IMG/VR virus record: IMGVR_UViG_2671181122_000013
Direction: 5' to 3' (one strand)
DNA from: a virus
Taxonomy: Duplodnaviria > Heunggongvirae > Uroviricota > Caudoviricetes
Length of the DNA stretch: 32,927 nucleotides
The position numbers and the translations under genes are program-made. Numbering within the stretch: the stretch's first letter is position 1; each line of letters begins with the position of its first letter. The notes beneath the pieces were generated by a model, which searched no databases, had not been told where the DNA came from, and saw nothing but the letters and a program-made list of their open reading frames with translations. Positions 8,919-17,712 of this stretch are shown here, one piece after another.

Positions 8919-9332
8919 ATGATGCCAGTTGCCCGTTATCTCTGCATTTTCATAAACGTTGGTTTGGGAGAAGCGGCAAAACGGGATGTGGGGACAGGGG
9001 AAAATCAGATACCGGACATGGCCTCTTTTGCCAGTGGTGATGGATGGATGAAATTACCCAACGGGAAAATCCTGCAATATGGTCGTGGTGCGGTTACGCC
9101 GACATTATCGACGCAAACAATGAGAATTACATTCAGCATCCCTTTCCCCAAAAAAGCGGACTGCGCCATGCTTACTCATTCTGGTGATGGCGGTGCGCCT
9201 TTAGGCGCTGGGCGAGGGTTCGTGATGACTGCAGAAGGCCCAACGTTAACCGGCTTTAATTCTGCTTACAGAACGTCATCAACCAGCGACACGGTATCGA
9301 TGAATTACAGTTGGTGGGCTGTTGGTGAGTAA
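8919..9332 (+). CDS. Silent alternative tail-fibre C-terminal cassette (expressed only after inversion, fused to the H constant region)
   Basis: Plus-strand ORF reading through the crossover site in frame (…NVGLGE…); shares the GLGE junction with H; ends in a tail-fibre-like C-terminus; followed by a tail-fibre assembly gene. Confidence 0.6.
   Translation: MMPVARYLCIFINVGLGEAAKRDVGTGENQIPDMASFASGDGWMKLPNGKILQYGRGAVTPTLSTQTMRITFSIPFPKKADCAMLTHSGDGGAPLGAGRGFVMTAEGPTLTGFNSAYRTSSTSDTVSMNYSWWAVGE
8947..8972. repeat. 26-bp invertase crossover site (left), TTTTCATAAACGTTGGTTTGGGAGAA
   Basis: Imperfect palindrome of the TTnnnnnAAACC/GGTTT type; 14 bp (TTGGTTTGGGAGAA) are an exact inverted repeat of 10847..10860. 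Confidence 0.75.
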
Positions 9333-9343
9333 TTTTATTCAGG

Positions 9344-9796
9344 GTGATTTATATGAACGAATATGTTTATAGCGCAAGGCATAATGCTTTTTTCCCTGTG
9401 GATATGATTGATAAATATAAATCAGAGGGATGGGATTTATCAGACGCTAAGGAAGTAAATCAAAATATTATCAGTGAGTTTATGGCTGAACCGCCACAAG
9501 GAAAAATCCGTATTGCCGGAGATGATGGGCTGCCTGCGTGGGCAGATATTCCTCCACCCACGCATGAAGAGCTTATTGAAATTACTGAATCAGAAAGACA
9601 GCTACTAATTAACCAGGCCAACGAATACATGAACAGTAAGCAATGGCCCGGTAAAGCCGCTATTGGTCGTCTGAAAGGTGAGGAACTGGCGCAATATAAT
9701 TTGTGGCTGGATTATCTGGATGCACTGGAGCTGGTTGATACCTCCAGTGCGCCAGATATTGAATGGCCTACGCCTCCGGCAGTTCAGGCCAGATGA
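9344..9796 (+). CDS. Alternative tail-fibre assembly protein (Tfa/U'-like), 150 aa
   Basis: C-terminal motif LWLDYLDALELVDTSSAPDIEWP typical of Tfa chaperones; convergent with and overlapping the 3' end of the active-orientation Tfa gene. Confidence 0.75.
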   Translation: MIYMNEYVYSARHNAFFPVDMIDKYKSEGWDLSDAKEVNQNIISEFMAEPPQGKIRIAGDDGLPAWADIPPPTHEELIEITESERQLLINQANEYMNSKQWPGKAAIGRLKGEELAQYNLWLDYLDALELVDTSSAPDIEWPTPPAVQAR

Positions 9797-10370
9797 CATC
9801 CGGCGCGGTGCTGGTATCTGTTGCCGTCACCGCGTCAATGTAATCCAGCACGGCGTTAAGTCGGGTTGTTTCTGCCTGCGTCAACTTCCGTCCGGCCTGT
9901 AATTTCAGCTGAATCAGACTAATGGAAACCATTGCTGCATCAATCAGTGACTGGCGCTGTGCTTCTGCCGCGTCTACTGCGGCGCTATGCTGTGCCTCAG
10001 TATCCGTCACCCATTTCTCACCATCCCATTTATCATATGGCGTTAACGGGGCGATAGTGGTTGTATTTTCAGGGTAATCACCCGGAGCTGTGATTTCTTT
10101 GGCGTCTCCCGTTTCGGTGTTATAGACGATTTCACCGCGATGGTCTGACACATATTCCCATGATTTTAAATCCACAGAACGGCAAATTGTATAACCAGCT
10201 TTATGTGTAACTGGTGCATCTAAACAAGAACATGCCGGGATACCGACGCCAACCGCAAGATATTCAGTTGATGTGGAAATATATTCCCGCGTTTCACCAT
10301 CATAGTTATAAACGGTAATATCCCCTGCCTTTGTAGCAACAAGTCCACTATTTAATATTGCTTTATCCAT
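9768..10370 (-). CDS. Tail-fibre assembly protein (gpG-position, Tfa family), 200 aa
   Basis: C-terminal motif LNAVLDYIDAVTATDTSTAPDVIWP; directly downstream of H on the same strand. Confidence 0.8.
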   Translation of the reverse strand: MDKAILNSGLVATKAGDITVYNYDGETREYISTSTEYLAVGVGIPACSCLDAPVTHKAGYTICRSVDLKSWEYVSDHRGEIVYNTETGDAKEITAPGDYPENTTTIAPLTPYDKWDGEKWVTDTEAQHSAAVDAAEAQRQSLIDAAMVSISLIQLKLQAGRKLTQAETTRLNAVLDYIDAVTATDTSTAPDVIWPELPEA

Positions 10371-11686
10371 TATGCTGCTCTCACGATATAGTTAAATGCA
10401 ATGCTTCTTGGTCTGTTCTCTGAGGCAGTTGGCACTACTCTTGAAGCATCAAAATTGACTAAATGAGGATTGTTTGGGGTATTTGGAATGATTGTGGTGT
10501 TACCTATCGTATTACGAAGTGCTGATTGACTTACAAAAACACCACTCGCTGTATTAAAGCTAATAGCCGCATTAGCTTCGGTTTGTCCATTACCAAATGT
10601 GCCGGTTATATTACGAATAGCATCCCCCTGAGCAGACAGAATTTCGCGCCCCGCGTCAATACCGCGCCCGTCATCCCAGCCACGAATAAACTCACCACGT
10701 AAATCAGGCAATTTATTTGTCGGATAAGCCTTTGCCAGTTCCGGGTATTCTTCAGCAGAAAAAGCGGCACCGTTGCATTTCAGCCAGCCTGTTGGCGGAG
10801 TGGCGGAAGGCCACGGAACAGGCACGCCAACGGGTAATGCCGAACCTTCTCCCAAACCAAGGTATGCAAGAAGACCGGCAACATCCTTCCCACTCAAATG
10901 AGTCAGCGTCTCATCCAGTGGCTGCTTACCTGACAGCGCATTGTTAATGGTGGTACTGAATTTCGGGTCATTGTTGATAGCTGCGGCAATTTCTTTCAGT
11001 GTGTCCAGCGTGTCAGGGGCACCGTTAATCAGAGCGGTAATAGCGGCCTGTACAAACGCAGTGGTCGCAATCCGCGTGGTGTTATTTCCTGCGGCAGGCG
11101 TCGGCGCTTTTGGTTCTCCGGTAAATGTCGGATTATGTTTCTGTGCATACTGGGTATGAGGATCCTGTGCGGCAATGTGGTTTCTCATCTGGTCATCCAC
11201 ATACAGCTTTAATTCCAGGACTTTATCATCCACGTATTTACGGGTCGCCAGTACCACCGACGGGTCGATTTTCAGCGTGATGGCTTCGGTATTCGTGACA
11301 ACCAGAATCATGCGGATAGTCTGGGTACGACCACTGCCTTCCTGCAACTGCGGTTTGTACGTTTCCGGGCAGTTCGCCACCGCAATGAGTACGCCTTCAT
11401 CATCATAAAGCCCAATCTCACGGATCCAGAATCCGCCCTCGTTCTCAGGGATGATTTGCTCCGCAATAATCTGGCTCTGGTTGTTCGGGTCAACACTCAG
11501 AAGATTCAGCGGCGCGATGCGTTTCTGGTTAATCAGTTTTGTCTGTGCCGGGTCTGGTGTCGGCAAGACACCATTCGCATCACCAACGGCCATTTGCGTC
11601 AGATTCAGCTTACTGCCGAGCATCGTCGCGTTAGCCAGCCGTGCTGCGCCCTGATTAGTCAGAATGGCGTAGTATTTCACTGTCAT
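10370..11686 (-). CDS. H: Tail fibre protein gpH, 438 aa (constant N-terminus plus currently expressed variable C-terminus)
   Basis: Position between I and the Tfa gene; shorter than the 669-aa P2 gpH, consistent with a replaced C-terminal module. Confidence 0.85.
   Translation of the reverse strand: MTVKYYAILTNQGAARLANATMLGSKLNLTQMAVGDANGVLPTPDPAQTKLINQKRIAPLNLLSVDPNNQSQIIAEQIIPENEGGFWIREIGLYDDEGVLIAVANCPETYKPQLQEGSGRTQTIRMILVVTNTEAITLKIDPSVVLATRKYVDDKVLELKLYVDDQMRNHIAAQDPHTQYAQKHNPTFTGEPKAPTPAAGNNTTRIATTAFVQAAITALINGAPDTLDTLKEIAAAINNDPKFSTTINNALSGKQPLDETLTHLSGKDVAGLLAYLGLGEGSALPVGVPVPWPSATPPTGWLKCNGAAFSAEEYPELAKAYPTNKLPDLRGEFIRGWDDGRGIDAGREILSAQGDAIRNITGTFGNGQTEANAAISFNTASGVFVSQSALRNTIGNTTIIPNTPNNPHLVNFDASRVVPTASENRPRSIAFNYIVRAA
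10847..10872. repeat. 26-bp invertase crossover site (right), inside gene H
   Basis: TTCTCCCAAACCAAGGTATGCAAGAA; inverted partner of 8947..8972; falls near H codon 271 (…AYLGLGEGS…). Confidence 0.75.
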
Positions 11687-12294
11687 GCGTTTACTCTCAG
11701 GTTATCAATTAAATGAATGGCCGAGGCCGGGAAATAATCCCCTCCGACAATAATGGCCTCCGGGGTGTAGGGATAAACCGTCAGGGCGTCGCCGTGATAG
11801 CATCCCGCACCGGCAAAAATGTTGCCGTTTGTACTTAAACTGATAGCCAGTCCCGTCAGATGGCGGCTTGCCGGTTTTGCATCAGCAACGAGGCGCTCCA
11901 GCTCCTGATACATTTCCTCGGTAATACCCTGCTCAAGCACACCAACAACGATGCGGAACGTCCCCGGCTCCTCATTGAGTTGCCACCACTCCCTCACCTC
12001 AATCAGATAGCCGAGCGGCTCCACCACACGCCGGATTGCGCCTATAGTGCCCTTATGGCAGTGAATGAAATACGCATCGCGGATAACAGCGCGTTTTGTC
12101 GCTTCCGGCCACTTATCATCCCAGCGGTCAACCGAAAATGACCACGCCAGCCACGGCAGCAGATTTGCCGGGCAGGTGTCCGGGTTCCACAGCTCACGAA
12201 TACTGACCGGCGTTTTTTCAATTTCCGCACAGGCTTTTGCGGCGGCAACTTCAAGCGGTGATGAGCCGGTCGGCAGCAAGCGCGAATTACTCAT
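11683..12294 (-). CDS. I: Baseplate protein gpI, 203 aa
   Basis: Position between J and H with translationally coupled overlaps at both ends; length differs from the 176 aa I recall for P2. Confidence 0.8.
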   Translation of the reverse strand: MSNSRLLPTGSSPLEVAAAKACAEIEKTPVSIRELWNPDTCPANLLPWLAWSFSVDRWDDKWPEATKRAVIRDAYFIHCHKGTIGAIRRVVEPLGYLIEVREWWQLNEEPGTFRIVVGVLEQGITEEMYQELERLVADAKPASRHLTGLAISLSTNGNIFAGAGCYHGDALTVYPYTPEAIIVGGDYFPASAIHLIDNLRVNA

Positions 12295-13195
12295 CCGAGC
12301 CTCCGGTCACGACGCGGTATTCGGTACAGAAAGACGCCTGCGTGCTGTTAAGCACGATATCGGCCAGCGGTGCAGCCAGTTCGACACGCTGCACGCCTTC
12401 CACATGCAAAGCGGCATAAATGGCAGACAGACGGATGTCGCGCCCCAGCCGGTGCTGTGCCGTGATGTACGCTTCCAGTTTTTTCACGGCAGCAGCGCGG
12501 ATGGGTTCGCTTTCGGGACCAGGGTAAAGGTAAAGCGTGGCGTTTATCTGGTATTCAACGATGGCAGCAGACTGCACGGTCACGCGGTCGGCCACCGGCC
12601 TGACGTCCTCGCCATTAAGGGCGTTACGCACCACGGCCAGCAGGTCTTCGGATGCGACGCCGTTATTTTCACGTGACAGCACGGAGATAGTGACACAGGC
12701 CGGAGACGGACTGGTGACAGAGATATCCGCGACACGCCCGTCGGCACTGCGACCATGATACTGATAGGCACCCACCGACCCGGCGACGCTTAAACCTTCA
12801 AAGGCCTGCTGAATACGCAGACGATAATCGGTGTCAGATTCCATCACGGCCGGTGTCGGCGGGAGGGTCGAATCATCTGCCGGAGTGATAATCAGGCGCG
12901 TGGTGTTGTAATTGGCACCAATCACATCAAGGTCATTACCGGCTGCACAGGCCAGCATCACCGCCCGTGCGGCCTCATTCACACGCTGACGCCAGATAAG
13001 CTCACGATAAGCATTTTCCTCCAGCAGTTTGACGAGAGGTTCGGATTCCAGCGTCAGGGTACGGGCGACCGCCTCCTGCTGGTCTTCCGGGTAAAGGGAA
13101 ATCAGTGTCGCCTTGCGTTCGGCAAGAATGGTTTCAAAGTCCAGCTCCTCGACCACATCCGGTGCGGGTAGCTGGTTCAGGTCGATAATCGGCAT
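12287..13195 (-). CDS. J: Baseplate protein gpJ, 302 aa
   Basis: 302 aa equals P2 gpJ. Confidence 0.9.
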   Translation of the reverse strand: MPIIDLNQLPAPDVVEELDFETILAERKATLISLYPEDQQEAVARTLTLESEPLVKLLEENAYRELIWRQRVNEAARAVMLACAAGNDLDVIGANYNTTRLIITPADDSTLPPTPAVMESDTDYRLRIQQAFEGLSVAGSVGAYQYHGRSADGRVADISVTSPSPACVTISVLSRENNGVASEDLLAVVRNALNGEDVRPVADRVTVQSAAIVEYQINATLYLYPGPESEPIRAAAVKKLEAYITAQHRLGRDIRLSAIYAALHVEGVQRVELAAPLADIVLNSTQASFCTEYRVVTGGSDE

Positions 13196-13199
13196 GGTT

Positions 13200-13547
13200 T
13201 CAACTCACAGGGATGGTTAACGAAAGTGGCTGGCCGGTGTCGTTGTGCTGGCCGGTTAACGTGACCGTCATTCGCCCGTCAAAACTGTGCTCAGTGGTGA
13301 CGGATGACAGGGTGACGCGGGGTTCCCATTTCAGCACCGCCATGTAACAGGCGACCTTAATCTGCAACTCAAGCGCCGGGGTCTGCGGCTGGTCAATCAT
13401 TGATGCCAGCAACGAGCCGTAATCACGACGCATCACCCGTGAGCCGACCGGTGTGCGCAGGATATCGCCGATACTCTGGCTGATATGCTCAAGGTCAGTG
13501 ACAGTCAGGCCATCACTGCGATTCATTCCGAGATAACGCGCTGTCAT
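13200..13547 (-). CDS. W: Baseplate wedge protein gpW (T4 gp25-like), 115 aa
   Basis: 115 aa equals P2 gpW. Confidence 0.9.
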   Translation of the reverse strand: MTARYLGMNRSDGLTVTDLEHISQSIGDILRTPVGSRVMRRDYGSLLASMIDQPQTPALELQIKVACYMAVLKWEPRVTLSSVTTEHSFDGRMTVTLTGQHNDTGQPLSLTIPVS

Positions 13548-14179
13548 AAAGGACTCCCGGTTGTGCCGCCGCTGTCGCCGGGGTGTTTATGGGTATGCAG
13601 TACCTTACCGTTTGATGAGAGTTCACCGCCGGTGTGTTCAATGTTGCCGCGCATCGTCCCGCCCTTCTGTACTTCCAGCGTGTCGGTAATCAGCCTGTTG
13701 GTGCAGACCACCTCCGGTGTGTCCAGGGTGATGCGGGTTGACGCTTTCACCATGACCACCGGCACCGTGGCAGTAACAGAATCAGAAGCCGTCACGCTGG
13801 CCGTTTTAATTCCGCTTACCGTCAGTGCACTGGTTTCAGGTTCATACTCAATCACCGCCCCGTCAGGGAAACGGATATGCAGGGCATCCGCCGACGCAGA
13901 CGGCGCGGGGTTATCGCCGGAATAAATCCCCGGCAGAACAAACGCCGTGTCAAGTTCACCGCCCACGGCCAGAATCAGCACCTGCTCCCCCACGGAAGGT
14001 GCCCACCATGTGCGCGAACGCCCGGCACGACAGGTCAGCCACTGAAGCCAGTCGGTGCACATGCCGCCGGTCTGCACACGGCAGCGACCGGCGTTAAGGT
14101 CGGTTTCGACGACAAGGCCGGTGCGAATCATGTTGCGCAGTGCGCGCGCGAGTTCCTGGATATTTGCGAGAGTGTTCAT
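13544..14179 (-). CDS. V: Baseplate spike protein gpV, 211 aa
   Basis: 211 aa equals P2 gpV. Confidence 0.9.
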   Translation of the reverse strand: MNTLANIQELARALRNMIRTGLVVETDLNAGRCRVQTGGMCTDWLQWLTCRAGRSRTWWAPSVGEQVLILAVGGELDTAFVLPGIYSGDNPAPSASADALHIRFPDGAVIEYEPETSALTVSGIKTASVTASDSVTATVPVVMVKASTRITLDTPEVVCTNRLITDTLEVQKGGTMRGNIEHTGGELSSNGKVLHTHKHPGDSGGTTGSPL

Positions 14180-14245
14180 AACGGGAAGGATGCCGCCGGG
14201 TCATACCGGCGGCAATGTGACGATGAGGTGTCGGGAATGGCACAA

Positions 14246-14698
14246 CTAACGGTCGAGGTGAGCCAGGATAATCTCTTCAATCATCTGCACATCCTCACCG
14301 GTGAAACCGAGCAGAGGGCGCGCCGGATAATTAATTTTCTTACCGTCTTTCCGGTTTTCTTCCGACAGACCGAACTGATGCACGCTGGCGATTTTCGGTG
14401 ACTTCCCGCCGTAAAACTCCATTGATGCCTGTTCAGGGCTGGCGCGGATATGCAAAAAACGACTGGTAATAAGTTTCGCAAACATTTTTCGCTTAACACG
14501 ACCAGTCTTTTTTCTGGCGCTCTGCTGCTGGCGTGGCGCGTAGGGTGTGCCGTCCGGGGCTTTCTGTGCCATCACCCGACGCTGCTGACTCTGACGCAGA
14601 CGTTTCGCCAGTTCGGCGCTCAGTCGCCGACGCCCTGACGGTGACAGCGACTCAATCAGTCCGGTCAGCCGGTCTTCAAAACGCTTAAACTCATTCAT
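14246..14698 (-). CDS. S: Tail completion protein gpS, 150 aa
   Basis: 150 aa equals P2 gpS. Confidence 0.85.
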   Translation of the reverse strand: MNEFKRFEDRLTGLIESLSPSGRRRLSAELAKRLRQSQQRRVMAQKAPDGTPYAPRQQQSARKKTGRVKRKMFAKLITSRFLHIRASPEQASMEFYGGKSPKIASVHQFGLSEENRKDGKKINYPARPLLGFTGEDVQMIEEIILAHLDR

Positions 14699-15158
14699 CC
14701 CACTTGCTCACCAGTTCGCCATTGATATAAAGCTTCATCGGGCGGGTGACCGGCTCCGGCGGCGTGGGTTCCGGGATATTCTTCACATGCAGCGCGCCGT
14801 CCACCTCACTGACCAGCGTGCGTTCGGTCAGCATCAGGCTGATGCTGATATCAAAGCTGCTGTCATTGTTGATGTCTGCATAAAACGTGAAGCCCTTTTT
14901 CTGGCCTTCGTCGGTGGTCATGATGTCGGGCTGATTTTCCCGCAGCCACGCCAGCACCGGCACGATGAGCAGGTCAAAATCACCGGTAAAGTCGGTCACA
15001 ATCACATTGAGCGTGTAACGCTTTTCGAATGACAGCGACGTCGCCAGTGTGGAGGCAATACTCCCGTTATCCACGAATATCCGCAGCATCTCGGGACTGG
15101 TTTTCAGCACCGTGACGGCATCAGTCAGCGCCCTGCGCAGGCTGTCGGGTTTGAGCAT
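14691..15158 (-). CDS. R: Tail completion protein gpR, 155 aa
   Basis: 155 aa equals P2 gpR. Confidence 0.85.
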   Translation of the reverse strand: MLKPDSLRRALTDAVTVLKTSPEMLRIFVDNGSIASTLATSLSFEKRYTLNVIVTDFTGDFDLLIVPVLAWLRENQPDIMTTDEGQKKGFTFYADINNDSSFDISISLMLTERTLVSEVDGALHVKNIPEPTPPEPVTRPMKLYINGELVSKWDE

Positions 15159-15411
15159 CGTTTTCGTCCTGACAGTGTTTAATCATTTTTACCTGGCTGG
15201 CACAGCGTGCCAGCGCGTTCTCAAGCTGTCGGATATCGGCACTTAAATCGCCGTTCGTCTCCGGGTCACTGCCCGGCATCGGGCAAAGGCTCACTTTCGG
15301 GCAGGCGTTGGCGACAATCACTGGCGTCGGTGCAGGCCGGGCGCTGGTGCAACCGGCGCACAGCATCAGGCAGGCCAGCGCCGTACCAGCGGCGAAAATC
15401 TTCGTTTTCAT
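15121..15411 (-). CDS. lysC: LysC, Rz1-like outer-membrane lipoprotein spanin, 96 aa
   Basis: Lipobox LMLCAGC in the signal peptide, Pro-rich mature region; nested out of frame across the lysB 3' end and R 5' end as in P2. Confidence 0.75.
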   Translation of the reverse strand: MKTKIFAAGTALACLMLCAGCTSARPAPTPVIVANACPKVSLCPMPGSDPETNGDLSADIRQLENALARCASQVKMIKHCQDENDAQTRQPAQGAD

Positions 15412-15691
15412 TCAGTAACCTCGTGATGGTTTTCTCGCGCTGTGCTTCACGCTTCGCCGCGTTCTCCAGTTCCTGACGCAGTGCCACCTGCGCCAGCTCG
15501 TTTTTGTCTGCCCTGGTGATGGCAACATGAAGCTGATTTTTCAGCATGGTGATGGTCGTCTGCTGTTCACTGGCGACGTTATTCGCCCTGTCCAGCGAGG
15601 CGCGCAGGCTGGCATTTTTGTGTTTCACCAGAAACAGACCGGTCACCGCCAGCGATAACAACACGACCAGCACAATCATCAGCTTTGACAT
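15266..15691 (-). CDS. lysB: LysB, Rz-like inner-membrane spanin (about 142 aa)
   Basis: Start moved to the internal ATG (MSKLMIVLVVLLSLAV…): N-terminal transmembrane segment then coiled-coil-like region; the 194-aa ORF is an upstream extension. Confidence 0.8.
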   Translation of the reverse strand: MSKLMIVLVVLLSLAVTGLFLVKHKNASLRASLDRANNVASEQQTTITMLKNQLHVAITRADKNELAQVALRQELENAAKREAQREKTITRLLNENEDFRRWYGAGLPDAVRRLHQRPACTDASDCRQRLPESEPLPDAGQ

Positions 15692-16104
15692 GGTTCCCGC
15701 CCCCCAAGACGCTGACGGCAGGCCGTACGTATCAGCCGGAAGAACACCGACGCCACGAGGTAAATCAGCGCGGTAAAAATCCACCCGGCAGCGACCAGCG
15801 AGATAAACGTCGCCACCATCACCACCAGAGCCGCCGCCCGTCTGCGCCACGGCACCGGCTGCAAAAACAGCGACGCGACAATCTTCACGGCCAGCGATTC
15901 CGGCGGCAGCTCCCGCCCGTAGCGTTCCAGCACATACTCAGTGGCATACACGCCGACACCACCGGCAACCACACAGATAACCGTCGCCAGAATCGCCCAG
16001 GCGGCAACAAAACTGACGGCCACGCTCTGCGGGTAAATCAGGGACAGTGCCAGCATCAGCGCCAGCGACACGTTCAGCATCAGTGAAAGGGATAATTTCT
16101 TCAT
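15679..16104 (-). CDS. lysA: LysA lysis-timing membrane protein, 141 aa
   Basis: 141 aa equals P2 LysA; multiple hydrophobic transmembrane segments. Confidence 0.8.
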   Translation of the reverse strand: MKKLSLSLMLNVSLALMLALSLIYPQSVAVSFVAAWAILATVICVVAGGVGVYATEYVLERYGRELPPESLAVKIVASLFLQPVPWRRRAAALVVMVATFISLVAAGWIFTALIYLVASVFFRLIRTACRQRLGGREPCQS

Positions 16105-16118
16105 GGTGTTTACTCCGT

Positions 16119-16616
16119 TTAAGCCGGTACGCCGCCAGCGGTACGCCAGACGGTGACCAGTTTTTCCAGTGAATGCTCACGCTGACCGTAACCGGCACCC
16201 GGCAGGGACGCCCAGATATTGCGACAGCGTGAAATGGCGCGCTCAATGCGTCCCGCCCGGATGTCATCCAGTGCACCGCGTTCGCGGATCAACTGAATGG
16301 CGAGTCTGTCCTGTGACAACGGACTGAAATCCGGCAGGGCAAGCTGTTTGCGGTAGTGCGGCCAGAACAGGTAAAGCTGCTGATAGCGACCGGAGGCCGT
16401 GGATTTTTCACCGCGACGGTTAAACACCTTCGCCGGTCGGCCATGCGCGAACGGGTGGTCACTGTAGTCAGTGAAAATTTCCGGCTTCCCGTCCAGTCCG
16501 GTGACTATCACGTCATAGCCCCGGTTTTTCGTCAGCGGATGATTCGCCGTCCCTTCGGACACGGCCAGCATGTCGAGAAAGGCCGCGATATTCTGATGCG
16601 TGTTAATTACCGGCAT
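16119..16616 (-). CDS. K: Endolysin gpK, 165 aa
   Basis: 165 aa equals P2 gpK; located between the holin and lysA. Confidence 0.85.
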   Translation of the reverse strand: MPVINTHQNIAAFLDMLAVSEGTANHPLTKNRGYDVIVTGLDGKPEIFTDYSDHPFAHGRPAKVFNRRGEKSTASGRYQQLYLFWPHYRKQLALPDFSPLSQDRLAIQLIRERGALDDIRAGRIERAISRCRNIWASLPGAGYGQREHSLEKLVTVWRTAGGVPA

Positions 16617-16897
16617 TACGGTTTCCCCCTGCCCTTAAAACGGCGCTGAATGGCAATCTCAATCACCTGATAACCGGCGATACCCAGCATGGAGCCGATA
16701 CCGCACACCGCAGGCAGTGACAGGTCAGGAAACTGCACCAGAACAACACCGGCAACCATCGAGACAAAACCACCGAGCAACATGCGCCCGATAAACAGAC
16801 GCGGGGTGATGGGTTCACCACCGGCAAGCACCTTGCCGACAACAATCAGCACCCCAATCATGAAAAGCGACAGGACGCTTTTTTCTTCTGCTGTCAT
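16616..16897 (-). CDS. Y: Holin gpY, 93 aa
   Basis: 93 aa equals P2 gpY; hydrophobic segments and a charged C-terminus. Confidence 0.85.
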   Translation of the reverse strand: MTAEEKSVLSLFMIGVLIVVGKVLAGGEPITPRLFIGRMLLGGFVSMVAGVVLVQFPDLSLPAVCGIGSMLGIAGYQVIEIAIQRRFKGRGKP

Positions 16898-16900
16898 GCG

Positions 16901-17104
16901 TTACTCCCACAGATTGACAGTTTCAGCCACGGGCGCGGTCTGAACGTCGGGCAGTTCGACGGCGGTGCCGTGTGGCAGCACCGCACCCAGTTCAGCCAGT
17001 CCCGAATTTGCGGCGAGCACGGTCTCAACCACGCCTTCAGTGCGCCCGTAATACCGGACACAAATGGCGTCGAGCGTGTCGCCCTGTAGCGCAAAGGTCT
17101 TCAT
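16901..17104 (-). CDS. X: Tail protein gpX, 67 aa
   Basis: Start taken at the internal ATG (MKTFALQGDTLDAICVRYYG…) giving the 67 aa of P2 gpX; the ORF track shows a longer upstream extension. Confidence 0.8.
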   Translation of the reverse strand: MKTFALQGDTLDAICVRYYGRTEGVVETVLAANSGLAELGAVLPHGTAVELPDVQTAPVAETVNLWE

Positions 17105-17613
17105 CAGATTTGACTCACGATGCAGCGCGGCTTGTCCTGGATACGCGCCACCGCCCAGCGCATATCCCGCCACAGTTCATCAATGGTGCTGTCAATGCTG
17201 TCAGCCTTCTTGTCACCTTTCGCACTGGCATCCACGCCGCGATAACGCTCATAAAGCGACGCGGTCGCCATCGCACACACGGCGCGCTCGTAGTAAAAAA
17301 CTTTGATGCTTTCACCGTCGATGTCGTCCGCCGGGACGTCCGCCAGACGCGTAAAACCGGCGGCAATTTTCTGTTCGCGGTACTCGTACAGCTCCGCATT
17401 CGTCTCCGCCATGCCTGACTTGATGGCCTCACGCAGACGGGCGGGGGCGACGGTCTGCTCAAGACGCATACGTTCCCGGACGCGCTTCGGGTCGATATCG
17501 GGAAAAAAGAACGTGTTTTTAATCACCGGCTCGTCGCCTGCCGGTTGCGGGATGACCACCGTACCCTCACCGGACACGGGAGCCTCCTTTCGCGGAATAA
17601 TCAGCGTCATCAT
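17104..17613 (-). CDS. L: Capsid completion protein gpL (about 169 aa)
   Basis: Start at the ATG preceded by GAGG (MMTLIIPRKE…); length then matches P2 gpL. Confidence 0.8.
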   Translation of the reverse strand: MMTLIIPRKEAPVSGEGTVVIPQPAGDEPVIKNTFFFPDIDPKRVRERMRLEQTVAPARLREAIKSGMAETNAELYEYREQKIAAGFTRLADVPADDIDGESIKVFYYERAVCAMATASLYERYRGVDASAKGDKKADSIDSTIDELWRDMRWAVARIQDKPRCIVSQI

Positions 17614-17712
17614 GACTACCTCTGAAAAGTCGGGCGGTGGACGCCGGTGAAGTGTCAGGTGATTCACCCTCACTGACCGGCGTGCCGCCCTGGCGCGGGG
17701 CGCATTCGGTTG

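Noticed and set aside
12065-12676. 203-aa plus-strand ORF across the I/J junction
   Set aside because: Antisense to the baseplate genes, which have conserved lengths and operon coupling.
15685-16086. 133-aa Arg/His-rich plus-strand ORF in the lysis region
   Set aside because: Antisense to lysA; composition is an artefact of reading GC-rich membrane-protein codons in reverse.
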